Translations under genes and position numbers: made by a program
The notes under the pieces: generated by a model
Database searches by the model: none
What the model was told of the DNA's origin: nothing
Seen by the model: only the letters and a program-made list of their open reading frames with translations
Shown: piece by piece, positions 56,463 through 64,000 of the stretch
How positions within the stretch are numbered: position 1 is the stretch's first letter
Layout: the number at the start of each line of letters is the position of its first letter
DNA from: an uncultured Verrucomicrobia subdivision 3 bacterium
Lineage (GTDB): Bacteria; Verrucomicrobiota; Verrucomicrobiia; Limisphaerales; UBA8199
Direction of reading: 5' to 3'
Assembly: GCA_903913865.1 (NCBI GenBank)
Contig: CAIWMU010000149.1
Location: 151 to 64,150 of the forward strand
DNA length: 64,000 nt

Positions 56463-58256
56463 GTGAGTAACGATTTAATCATAGGTATCGCAGGGGCAGG
56501 GGGGGATGGGGTTGTTTCGGCTGGTGAATCATTGATCACGGCCGCCGCCTTGGAGGGCTATCACGGCATCATGACGAAGAGCTTCGGTTCGCAGATCCGT
56601 GGAGGAGAAGCCTCTTGCCGACTTCGGCTGGCAACCCAGCCAGTTCTGAATCCCAACGGACCTCTGGATGTGGCGGTGGCTTTGAACTGGGAGGATTTCC
56701 GGAGATTCGGCGGTGAGTTGCCTGTCGAGTCCCGAACGATTGTCATTTATGAGAGCAACACGGGGGTATCGCCGGACAGGCTCCCGCTGGAGGGGGTGAA
56801 GCCCTCAGTGGTTTTCAGTGTTCCAATCACACAGATGGCTGAAAAATTTGCAGGCACGGCGAAAGCAAAGAACATCGTTGTGGCTGGACTGCTGGCCGGA
56901 TGGTTCGGCATTGGGCGCGAGAGCATGCTGACCGGGATCCGAAAGAAGTTCGCGAAGAAGGGGGCCGAAGTGGTTAACGGCAATGTGTGCGCATTCCAAG
57001 CCGGGCTGGACTTTGCCGAGGCACACCCGTTGAAGGAGGATCGAAAACTGGGGGCTCCTGAAGCCGGGCGTCAGGCGAAGCTTTTGACGGACGGGAACGA
57101 CATGTGCGCCGCTGCCGCAATTTTTGCCGGCTGCAACTTCTTTGGTGGCTACCCCATCACGCCCTCCACCGAAATCATGCAGTTTCTGGACCGGGAGATT
57201 TGGAAGTATGGTGGAACGGTGTTTCAGGCCGAGGATGAGATCGCCGGATTGGGGGCCGTTGTGGGAGCCTCTTTTGCGGGCAAGAAGGCGATGACCGCCA
57301 CATCCGGGCCGGGGATGTCCCTCAAGACTGAAATGCTTGGTTTGGCGAGCATCGCCGAACTGCCCCTGGTGTGTGTGAATGTGCAGCGGGGCGGACCCTC
57401 CACAGGACTTCCGACCAAGGCGGAGCAATCCGACCTGTTTCAGGCGGCATTCTCGGCTCACGGCGACTGTCTGCGGCCGGTGCTGGCACCGGTGAGTGTG
57501 GCGGATACGTTTCCCATCACCGTCGAGGCGTTCAACATAGCGGAGCACTACCAGACCCCGGTGATTCTGCTTTCCGACCAGGAGATTTCACAGCGCAAGG
57601 AGACCGTGGATCCTATCGACACTTCCAAGTTCCAGATTGTGGAGAGGCGGAGGCCGGCCGGCGCGGAATTGGCGAACTACGCCCGGTTCAAGTTGACGGA
57701 TTCCGGGATCAGCCCGATCAGCCACCCCGGGATGGAGGGGGGCAACTATCTGGCGGCTGGAATTGAGCATGATGAAAAAGGCCGCCCGACGGCGAGCGGC
57801 GAGATGCACGCGAAGATGAATGACAAGCGCTTCAACAAGTTCAATCCGCTGAAGAACCGACGCGACCTGTTCGTGACAATCGGAGATCAGGACGCTCCCA
57901 TCGGGTTGGTGAGTTGGGGCAGTGTTGCCGGAGTGGCGATGGAAGCCCTGCGACTGGCAAAGGATCAGGGAATGCATGTGAAGCTGCTCATCCCGAAGCT
58001 GCTCTTTCCTGTGGCGGAGCCGGTGTTCGAGGACTTCTTTGCCTCCGTAAAATGTGGGCTCTTCGTGGAGCAGTCCCATCAGGCCCAGCTTTACCGGCTG
58101 GTGAGGATGTATGTCGATGTTCCCCGCCAGGTGAAACCGCTTGCAAAGAGTGGTTCGAACCCGATCCAGCCGGGGGATGTGCTTGAGTGCCTGCGCAAGC
58201 TGGTTGTGACGATGCAGTGTAATCCGAACCATCAACCCGAGGCGATGGTTGGTTGA
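56463..58256 (+). CDS. korA: 2-oxoacid:ferredoxin oxidoreductase alpha subunit (gamma domain fused at the N-terminus)
   Basis: GTG start. IGIAGAGGDGVVSAGE (gamma-type) is followed by GYPITPSTEI and GASFAGKKAMTATSGPG (alpha-type pyrimidine-binding domain). Confidence 0.9.
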   Translation: MSNDLIIGIAGAGGDGVVSAGESLITAAALEGYHGIMTKSFGSQIRGGEASCRLRLATQPVLNPNGPLDVAVALNWEDFRRFGGELPVESRTIVIYESNTGVSPDRLPLEGVKPSVVFSVPITQMAEKFAGTAKAKNIVVAGLLAGWFGIGRESMLTGIRKKFAKKGAEVVNGNVCAFQAGLDFAEAHPLKEDRKLGAPEAGRQAKLLTDGNDMCAAAAIFAGCNFFGGYPITPSTEIMQFLDREIWKYGGTVFQAEDEIAGLGAVVGASFAGKKAMTATSGPGMSLKTEMLGLASIAELPLVCVNVQRGGPSTGLPTKAEQSDLFQAAFSAHGDCLRPVLAPVSVADTFPITVEAFNIAEHYQTPVILLSDQEISQRKETVDPIDTSKFQIVERRRPAGAELANYARFKLTDSGISPISHPGMEGGNYLAAGIEHDEKGRPTASGEMHAKMNDKRFNKFNPLKNRRDLFVTIGDQDAPIGLVSWGSVAGVAMEALRLAKDQGMHVKLLIPKLLFPVAEPVFEDFFASVKCGLFVEQSHQAQLYRLVRMYVDVPRQVKPLAKSGSNPIQPGDVLECLRKLVVTMQCNPNHQPEAMVG

Positions 58257-58289
58257 TCCGTTCAAAGTTAAATCCTTACCATACTATTT

Positions 58290-59189
58290 ATGAATAGCGT
58301 TGAAACACTACCAGTTGAGAGATTTCAGGCGGGCGATTTCAAGAGTGACTTGAAGCCCATCTGGTGCCCGGGTTGTGGCGATTTCGGTGTTGTGACGGCC
58401 CTCACGCGGGCTCTTGCCGCGATTGGGCGTCCCCCACATGAGATCGCGTTTGTTTCAGGCATCGGATGCTCAAGCCGGATCCCCGGTTATACGACGGCCT
58501 ACGGATTCAACACCGTGCATGGGCGTTCGCTTCCCATCGCCCAAGGCATCAAACTTGCAAACCCTGAGTTGCTGGTGCTGGTTGCCAGCGGTGATGGAGA
58601 CGGGTTTTCCATCGGTGGCGGGCATGTGCCCCATGTCATCCGCCGAAACATTGACATCACCTACATTGTGATGGACAACCAGATCTACGGTCTCACAAAG
58701 GGGCAGCTATCCCCGACCTCTCCCAGGGGTCGCAAGACCGCGACTTCAAATTTTGGGAGTCTGGAGGATCCGGTTAACCCGTTGCTCTATGTGCTGGGTT
58801 ATGGGGCGTCCTTTGTGGCTCAAGGCAGCCCGCTGGACATGGCGGGGCTTGCAAAGCTGATTGAAGAGGGAATTCGTTTCCCGGGATTTGCCTTCATCAA
58901 TGTTCAATCCCCGTGTGTGACGTATGGGGAGGAGGACCAGCAGTTGAAGGGACAGAGGACCCGTTTGCAGAACCTGGGTGCCATGGGGCATGACCCATCA
59001 GATCGGGCAAAGGCAATCGAGTTGGCCCGTGAATATGGGACAAAGCTCTACACAGGGGTTCTTTACAGAAATCCGACACCCGGGCCCACCTATGGAGATG
59101 GGGTAGCCCAGCGGCACCAGACGCTGCAAAAGCAGGCCGTTCCGAGGCACGATATTCTGAAGCGGTTCATTCCCAGCCCAACTGCCTGA
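58290..59189 (+). CDS. korB: 2-oxoacid:ferredoxin oxidoreductase beta subunit (TPP-binding)
   Basis: WCPGCGDFGV and the TPP motif GDGDGFSIGG...MDNQIYGLTKGQ are present. Confidence 0.92.
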   Translation: MNSVETLPVERFQAGDFKSDLKPIWCPGCGDFGVVTALTRALAAIGRPPHEIAFVSGIGCSSRIPGYTTAYGFNTVHGRSLPIAQGIKLANPELLVLVASGDGDGFSIGGGHVPHVIRRNIDITYIVMDNQIYGLTKGQLSPTSPRGRKTATSNFGSLEDPVNPLLYVLGYGASFVAQGSPLDMAGLAKLIEEGIRFPGFAFINVQSPCVTYGEEDQQLKGQRTRLQNLGAMGHDPSDRAKAIELAREYGTKLYTGVLYRNPTPGPTYGDGVAQRHQTLQKQAVPRHDILKRFIPSPTA

Positions 59190-59211
59190 TCCCGGGCATT
59201 ACGAATTCAAC

Positions 59212-59265
59212 ACCTCCGCCATGCGTTGCGGCCCACAATGCCGCCGTGGCGGAGGTTCTGTTTTA
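59212..59265 (+). terminator. Rho-independent terminator candidate after korB
   Basis: ACCTCCGCCA...(inner GCGGC/GCCGC pairing)...TGGCGGAGGT (59212-59256) is followed by TCTGTTTTAT. The hairpin covers the ORF-track start (59246) of the next gene, which argues for a later start there. Confidence 0.5.
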
Positions 59266-59314
59266 TGGGCGTCATCGCGTTGACATTAGAGCCTGTTTTG
59301 GGGATCCTTCCGGG

Positions 59315-62300
59315 GTGATTCGGACCGTTTCCGCTTTTTGCACCCTCCTGATCCTGTTCATCGCCGGGTTTTTCTGCCTGAGCGTTTCGACCGTTCAGGG
59401 AGCGCCTTCCATGGAAAGCAACAGTGTCTATTATGTTGTGATGGAGGGGGATCCGGTTGTCACATTCTATCTCGCACAAAGGGGTGTTCTGTCCCCCGAG
59501 GCGTTGCATCGGGGTTTGGTTTCTCGAGCCTCCGAACTGATGGGGCGGCAGGAGAAGTTGGCAGAGGCATTAAACGCTCTTGGGGGATTGGTTACGGGGC
59601 GGTTTGTGCGACTTGCCAATGCTGTCAGGGTGACAATTCCCCCATCCAGGCTTGAGGGCGTGGGCAGGCTTCCGGGAGTTTTGCGGGTTCAGCCTGTGAG
59701 CCACTACGAACGGTGTACGGGTCAGACCGTTCCATTCGTCGGGGCAACGAATGCCTGGGGGAGAACTCCGGGGTTGGCGGGGCGGGGGATCCGCATCGGC
59801 ATCATCGATTCCGGCATCGATTACCTGCACGCCAATTTCGGGGGCGGAGGGTCTGCTGGGAACTTTGACGCCAATGATCCTGAATGTATCGAAGAGGGGA
59901 GTTTTCCGACCTCGAGGGTTGTTGGCGGATACGATTTTGCCGGTGACGACTACAATGGGGATAACAAACCCGAGCCGGACCCGGACCCGCTGGATTGCGC
60001 CAGCCAGGGCCATGGGTCCCATGTTGCAGGGATTGCCGCTGGCGGAGGGGTGTTGCGGGACCATACGGCTTATGGCGGGCCTTACACCAACGGACTGGAC
60101 TTGAGCCGGTTCAGCATCGGACCGGGAGTCGCCCCGGAAGCTCAGCTGTATGCCATCAGAATCTTCGGCTGCTCTGGATCCTCCTGCCTCGTGCTGGATG
60201 GGGTGGAGTATGCATCGGATCCTAATGGCGACATGGATTTCTCGGATCGTCTGGATGTGGTGAATCTTTCCCTTGGAAGTTTGTATGGCTACTCTGGGGC
60301 GGATGATGTCGATCAGGTCGCCCTGTCCCATCTCGTGGGTTTGGGGTGTGTGGCTGTCGCTGCCGCTGGAAACAACGGGAATGCTTTCTACGTGACAGCA
60401 TCTCCTGCGGCGGGGGAATTCATGATCAGTGTGGCTTCGACCATAGGACCATCCTCCAAGCTTGCTGTCGGGGTTCTCTCAACTCCGGTTGCCAATTATC
60501 TGGTTGAGGAGGCTGATTTTACGCCACCTCTGATGACCATTCCTCCCATTGTGGCGGAGGTGGCGCAAACCTCCCCACTACAGGCCTGTGGTCCACTTGA
60601 GAATGCTGAGGCGCTTGCGGGTAGAATCGCCCTGATCGAGCGGGGTAATTGCAACTACACGGACAAAGTGCTCATGGCCCAGGCATCCGGGGCGGTGGGG
60701 GTGATCATCGTGAATAATGTGACCGGTGCGCCTGTCGCCATGACGGGAACGCCAGTGCTGCCCATCGTGATTCCCTGCGTGATGATCTCGCAGAGCGATG
60801 GCTTTTTGCTGAAGGCTCGCTTGTTATCCGGGCCGGTTCTCGCCCAGTTGTCAGGAGCGAACCGGATTCCCATGGGCACGCAGGTGGACCAGATCAGCAG
60901 CTTTAGTTCGCGAGGGCCTGCGAGCCCTTTCTCCCTGCTCAAACCTGACATTTCAGCCCCGGGACAGGGGGTTTTTTCCACAAAGGCGGGAAGCGGATCT
61001 GGTGCCGTTTCACTTTCAGGCACATCAATGGCCGCCCCCCATGTGGCGGGTGCCGCAGCGTTGCTGAGGCAGATGCACCCGGATTGGACACCGGAGATGA
61101 TCAAGGCGGCACTGATGAACACCGCACAGCCGGTGTGTGACAATGCCCGGCGACCCTACCCGGAATCCCGGGCTGGATGTGGCCGGCTCCAGATCGCTGA
61201 TGCGATGGCCTCGCCACTCATGGCGATGGCAGCCGGGACGAATGGGGCTGTGGCACTGAATTTCGGGTTCCTGGAATTGACATCTCCCACGGTCGTCACC
61301 CAATACGTTTTAGTCCGGAATCTCGGGATGACTTCGCAGGTTTGTCAGGTGACTGTCTCCAACACGGTGACAGAAAAGGGTTTTCTTCTGGAACCTATTT
61401 CGCGTGAAGTCTTCCTCGGATCGAACGCGACGGAGCTTGTCGCGGTGCGGATGACAGCCGATCCATCCCTTTTTGATCGGAGCGGCGAACCGACCACTCC
61501 GGCAGTGATCTCGGGCCGGGCGAGACACCAGATTTATGAGGCCAGTGGAAGCATCTGGATCAGCCCGGGAACGATGCCGGTGAAGGTTCCGTTTTATGCA
61601 TGTCTGCGAGCCGGGGCAGGACTCAGGACGGATGTCGGCAGCATCAATGCGCCATCCAATCGGGTGTTGAAGGCTTCCCTCCCGTTGATCGGCAAGTCTG
61701 CCCATCCATCACCGGTGATTGCCCTTTTTCAGCTGGGCTATGAGTCGGTCAGCGCAACGGAGAGTGATCCCGGGCTGGCTGTGGGGCATTTGATGGCTGT
61801 GGGAGCATCAAGCGATCTGCCTTACCAATCCAACATTCTCAGTGCCCGGGTGTTCTTTGGCCTGGCTTGTGCCACGAACTGGACAAGCCCGGGCGGTGAG
61901 GTGGGACTTTTCCACATTGATTTGGATACCAATCTGGATGGCACCGCCGATTTCATCCTTGAGAACAATTCGATGGGTGGATTAACCGGGACGCCAGGAC
62001 CGGATGATGTTTTTGTCTCTTCCCTGTTGAATTACGACGGAGCCAGGATCAGCAACAGCCCCCTGAACGTGTTCAGCCCGGATGCCCGGGACACGGCTGC
62101 CTTCAACAACTCGGTGCTTGTGATGTCATGCCCGGCCCAAACGCTTGGCCTAGCTGCAGGAAACGGCCGGTTTTCGTATCGAGTCCGGTCCGAACCTGCA
62201 TCCCAACGGACCGGGACGAATGATCAAACATCGTGGATACAGTTCGATGCGGCCCGCCCGGTGGTGAATGGGGCCGGTTCTGGAATTGGGCTCACTCCAT

Positions 62301-62683
62301 TCCAATCCGGCTGCTCCGCCTTGAGCGTCATTGTGGATGGGGCGGCGGCAGGGGCGAACGGTTTGGGTGCCGGGCAGACTTCAGGGCTTCTGGTGCTTCA
62401 TCCGTTCAACCGCGCCGGGGATCGCTTTCAGGTCGTTCGGATCAATTCCGCAGGCCCTGCGAGCATCACGATTACTGAGCCGGTTTTGATGCCGGATGGA
62501 GGTCATAGCTTCAGCTTCTCGTCGGAACAGGGGGTGGTTTACACGATACTGTCTGGTCCGGATCCACAAGGCCCGTTTGTGACGGTTGTGGCTTCCGGGT
62601 TGGTGGCAACCCCTCCGCTCAATCGGTTTACAAACACAGCCCCGGTCGAATTGCCGGTTTTTTATCGTGTCCGGGCGGATTAG
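59315..62683 (+). CDS. Secreted S8 subtilase with I9 propeptide, PA-domain insert and a roughly 500-aa C-terminal extension ending in an FYRV module
   Basis: The GTG at 59315 gives (M)IRTVSAFCTLLILFIAGFFCLSVSTVQGAP, a signal peptide. The catalytic triad contexts are IGIIDSGID, HGSHVAGIAAG and SGTSMAAPHVAGAAALL. The PA domain is GRIALIERGNCNYTDKVLMAQASGAVGVIIVNN. The ORF-track start at 59246 is an alternative. Confidence 0.88.
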   Translation: MIRTVSAFCTLLILFIAGFFCLSVSTVQGAPSMESNSVYYVVMEGDPVVTFYLAQRGVLSPEALHRGLVSRASELMGRQEKLAEALNALGGLVTGRFVRLANAVRVTIPPSRLEGVGRLPGVLRVQPVSHYERCTGQTVPFVGATNAWGRTPGLAGRGIRIGIIDSGIDYLHANFGGGGSAGNFDANDPECIEEGSFPTSRVVGGYDFAGDDYNGDNKPEPDPDPLDCASQGHGSHVAGIAAGGGVLRDHTAYGGPYTNGLDLSRFSIGPGVAPEAQLYAIRIFGCSGSSCLVLDGVEYASDPNGDMDFSDRLDVVNLSLGSLYGYSGADDVDQVALSHLVGLGCVAVAAAGNNGNAFYVTASPAAGEFMISVASTIGPSSKLAVGVLSTPVANYLVEEADFTPPLMTIPPIVAEVAQTSPLQACGPLENAEALAGRIALIERGNCNYTDKVLMAQASGAVGVIIVNNVTGAPVAMTGTPVLPIVIPCVMISQSDGFLLKARLLSGPVLAQLSGANRIPMGTQVDQISSFSSRGPASPFSLLKPDISAPGQGVFSTKAGSGSGAVSLSGTSMAAPHVAGAAALLRQMHPDWTPEMIKAALMNTAQPVCDNARRPYPESRAGCGRLQIADAMASPLMAMAAGTNGAVALNFGFLELTSPTVVTQYVLVRNLGMTSQVCQVTVSNTVTEKGFLLEPISREVFLGSNATELVAVRMTADPSLFDRSGEPTTPAVISGRARHQIYEASGSIWISPGTMPVKVPFYACLRAGAGLRTDVGSINAPSNRVLKASLPLIGKSAHPSPVIALFQLGYESVSATESDPGLAVGHLMAVGASSDLPYQSNILSARVFFGLACATNWTSPGGEVGLFHIDLDTNLDGTADFILENNSMGGLTGTPGPDDVFVSSLLNYDGARISNSPLNVFSPDARDTAAFNNSVLVMSCPAQTLGLAAGNGRFSYRVRSEPASQRTGTNDQTSWIQFDAARPVVNGAGSGIGLTPFQSGCSALSVIVDGAAAGANGLGAGQTSGLLVLHPFNRAGDRFQVVRINSAGPASITITEPVLMPDGGHSFSFSSEQGVVYTILSGPDPQGPFVTVVASGLVATPPLNRFTNTAPVELPVFYRVRAD

Positions 62684-62808
62684 CCGGGCGGGGAAGTGGT
62701 TGAACCCTCCCGGGGCGGAATCGCGGTTCGCAGACCGTTCAAGGATTGTTTCCCGGTGGGAATCCGCTATGATCGACGAAAGATTGGATTTTGACGGGAT
62801 TGAATTTT

Positions 62809-63510
62809 ATGAAGATTGCTCTGTTTGGCATTACGGAACTCAAGCTTGGGAAGCACAATTTGAAGGATCCCCGGCTCGACCAAGCTCACGCGCTGATCGA
62901 GGCCGATAAGAAGGCATCTGCGCAGGTGGATGTGGTGGGACAGGAAGAGATGCTGGAGGCTGACGCCATTCTGGCCCTCGATGAGAACAAAGCGGACCTG
63001 ATCCTGCAGGACCTTGAATTTGTCGAGACCCGCCTGAGTCGCGACCCCCAGCCTGTTGAACGCGCGGCACTTCAAAAGATCGGGGCACTTCTGGAAAGTG
63101 AACAATTCCTGTTTGGATCCTCCCTCACTGCTGAGGATCTCGCGGCTGTCTCCGCTCACGCCTTCATCACAAGCAAGCCGATCTTTGTGGCCACCCGGCA
63201 GGAACTGGCCGATCCGGAAAGCATCATGTTGCGAGCCTTCACACATGCCGGATACATTTGTTTCCTCACAGTCGGGGGCAAGGAAAACCGGGCATGGCCG
63301 ATCCGCAAGGGGATCAGCGCTTGGGAAGCGGCCGGAACGATCCATACCGACCTGCAAAAGGGTTTTATTCGTGCGGAAATCATCGCGTTCGCCGATTTTG
63401 TCGAGGCGGGTGGCGAAACTCAGGCAAAGCGGGCCGGCAAGCAGAGGCTGGAAATGAAGCCCTACATCATGCAGGACTATGATGTGGTGAACTTCCGCTT
63501 CAACAAGTAA
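62809..63510 (+). CDS. YchF-like protein (DUF933 C-terminal domain) with a degenerate, P-loop-less N-terminal domain
   Basis: The ATG at 62809 is used. The C-terminus FLTVGGKENRAWPIRKGISAWEAAGTIHTDLQKGFIRAEIIAFADF...KPYIMQDYDVVNFRFN aligns with the E. coli YchF tail. The N-terminus MKIALFGITELKLGKHNLKDPRLDQ lacks GxxxxGK(S/T). The protein is 233 aa, against about 363 for YchF. Confidence 0.8.
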   Translation: MKIALFGITELKLGKHNLKDPRLDQAHALIEADKKASAQVDVVGQEEMLEADAILALDENKADLILQDLEFVETRLSRDPQPVERAALQKIGALLESEQFLFGSSLTAEDLAAVSAHAFITSKPIFVATRQELADPESIMLRAFTHAGYICFLTVGGKENRAWPIRKGISAWEAAGTIHTDLQKGFIRAEIIAFADFVEAGGETQAKRAGKQRLEMKPYIMQDYDVVNFRFNK

Positions 63511-63573
63511 CCGACCGGGCAGGGGGATATCCCGAACTTCCCGTCCAGCCTCAGGCAGGGGACTGAACATTTG

Positions 63574-63612
63574 CCCCTCCGCAGCGAATCCAGAATGATT
63601 GCTGCGGAGGGG
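63574..63612 (+). terminator. Hairpin terminator candidate after the YchF-like gene
   Basis: CCCCTCCGCAGC-(15-nt loop)-GCTGCGGAGGGG forms a 12-bp perfect stem, followed by CTTTGT. It lies 64 nt after the stop at 63510. Confidence 0.5.
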
Positions 63613-63841
63613 CTTTGTCGTAAACAGGGTGCGCATGGGGACTCGCGGCAGAGGGTCGCTCTCCGGCGGCGTGATAGTCCGATTTTTGAGTATTGGGGTT
63701 TGATTTTTGAGCACTTGCCCTGATTTGCCTCCTGCCTTTTGACGATCGCATCAGGATCCAGGGCTTTGGCTCGACCGAATTTCCCGACATCCGGGGAGAG
63801 GACTGGTCTGCTGTCCGCCCCCACGCGCAAATTCTTTTGGC

Positions 63842-64000
63842 TCAGTTCAATTCAACATCGATCTGGCACTCGTTGTTGAACCGGTCCAGCTCATCCTGAA
63901 GCTGGTTGACCTGGGACTCCAGATCTGTGATCACCCGGTCCAATTCCGCCTGCCGCAACTGGGCCTGGTATTCCACCTCGATGCTGCTTGTGAAGCTCGG
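63842..64000 (-). CDS. C-terminal 52 codons of a coiled-coil protein (gene starts beyond the window end)
   Basis: Not in the ORF track because no start lies inside the window. The minus-strand hand translation is open from position 64000 to the TGA (tca at 63842-63844): PSFTSSIEVEYQAQLRQAELDRVITDLESQVNQLQDELDRFNNECQIDVELN. It has heptad-like E/Q/L composition and strongly G/C-biased third positions. Confidence 0.5.
   Translation of the reverse strand, partial: PSFTSSIEVEYQAQLRQAELDRVITDLESQVNQLQDELDRFNNECQIDVELN

Overview
This 64-kb segment looks chromosomal and moderately GC-rich. The gene content (an orphan prepilin-type pseudopilin paralogue, a TAT-exported Gfo/Idh/MocA oxidoreductase, BNR and PQQ propellers, giant Ig-domain surface proteins, GH95) suggests the PVC superphylum, probably Verrucomicrobiota. 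That assignment is inference only. I call 45 protein genes, one tRNA-Phe(GAA), a few hairpin terminators and promoter or operator candidates, and two sets of intragenic tandem repeats. Two of the genes run off the window edges and are therefore missing from the ORF track. I saw no rRNA, CRISPR array, transposase, integrase or phage genes. Many ORF-track entries are over-extended at the 5' end, or are antisense artefacts of high GC content, and were trimmed or discarded.

Recognisable modules:
- MacB-type ABC exporter with HlyD adaptor (10.2-14.5 kb)
- rbsKBAC ribose operon (14.7-19.2 kb)
- acyltransferase plus sphingomyelin-synthase-like PAP2_C lipid pair (19.5-21.4 kb)
- TPR / ROK / PIG-L / deaminase / DnaJ string (21.8-26.8 kb)
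- EmrAB-like pump with a divergent LysR regulator (42.5-46.2 kb)
- CN-hydrolase / GH95 / UxuA (46.2-50.5 kb)
- complete arsR-C-D-A-acr3 operon (50.6-54.8 kb)
- two-subunit 2-oxoacid:ferredoxin oxidoreductase (56.5-59.2 kb)
- large S8 subtilase (59.3-62.7 kb)

The best candidate for something undescribed is 31.7-41.0 kb. There a propeller-type HisKA_3 sensor kinase and its NarL-type regulator bracket two large secreted proteins. Those proteins carry four copies of a roughly 190-aa domain with invariant motifs that I cannot assign to any family, and a short C-terminal module ending in F-Y-R-[LV] that recurs on the unrelated S8 protease.

Other points worth a second look:
- a degenerate YchF lacking its P-loop
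- a coding-like small ORF abutting the ABC exporter
- the lipid gene pair
- a 483-bp-period repeat gene with a gene-conversion-like identity patch
- a pRiA4b-ORF3/TnpR-like orphan next to tRNA-Phe

All family assignments come from motif recognition by eye. No searches were run.
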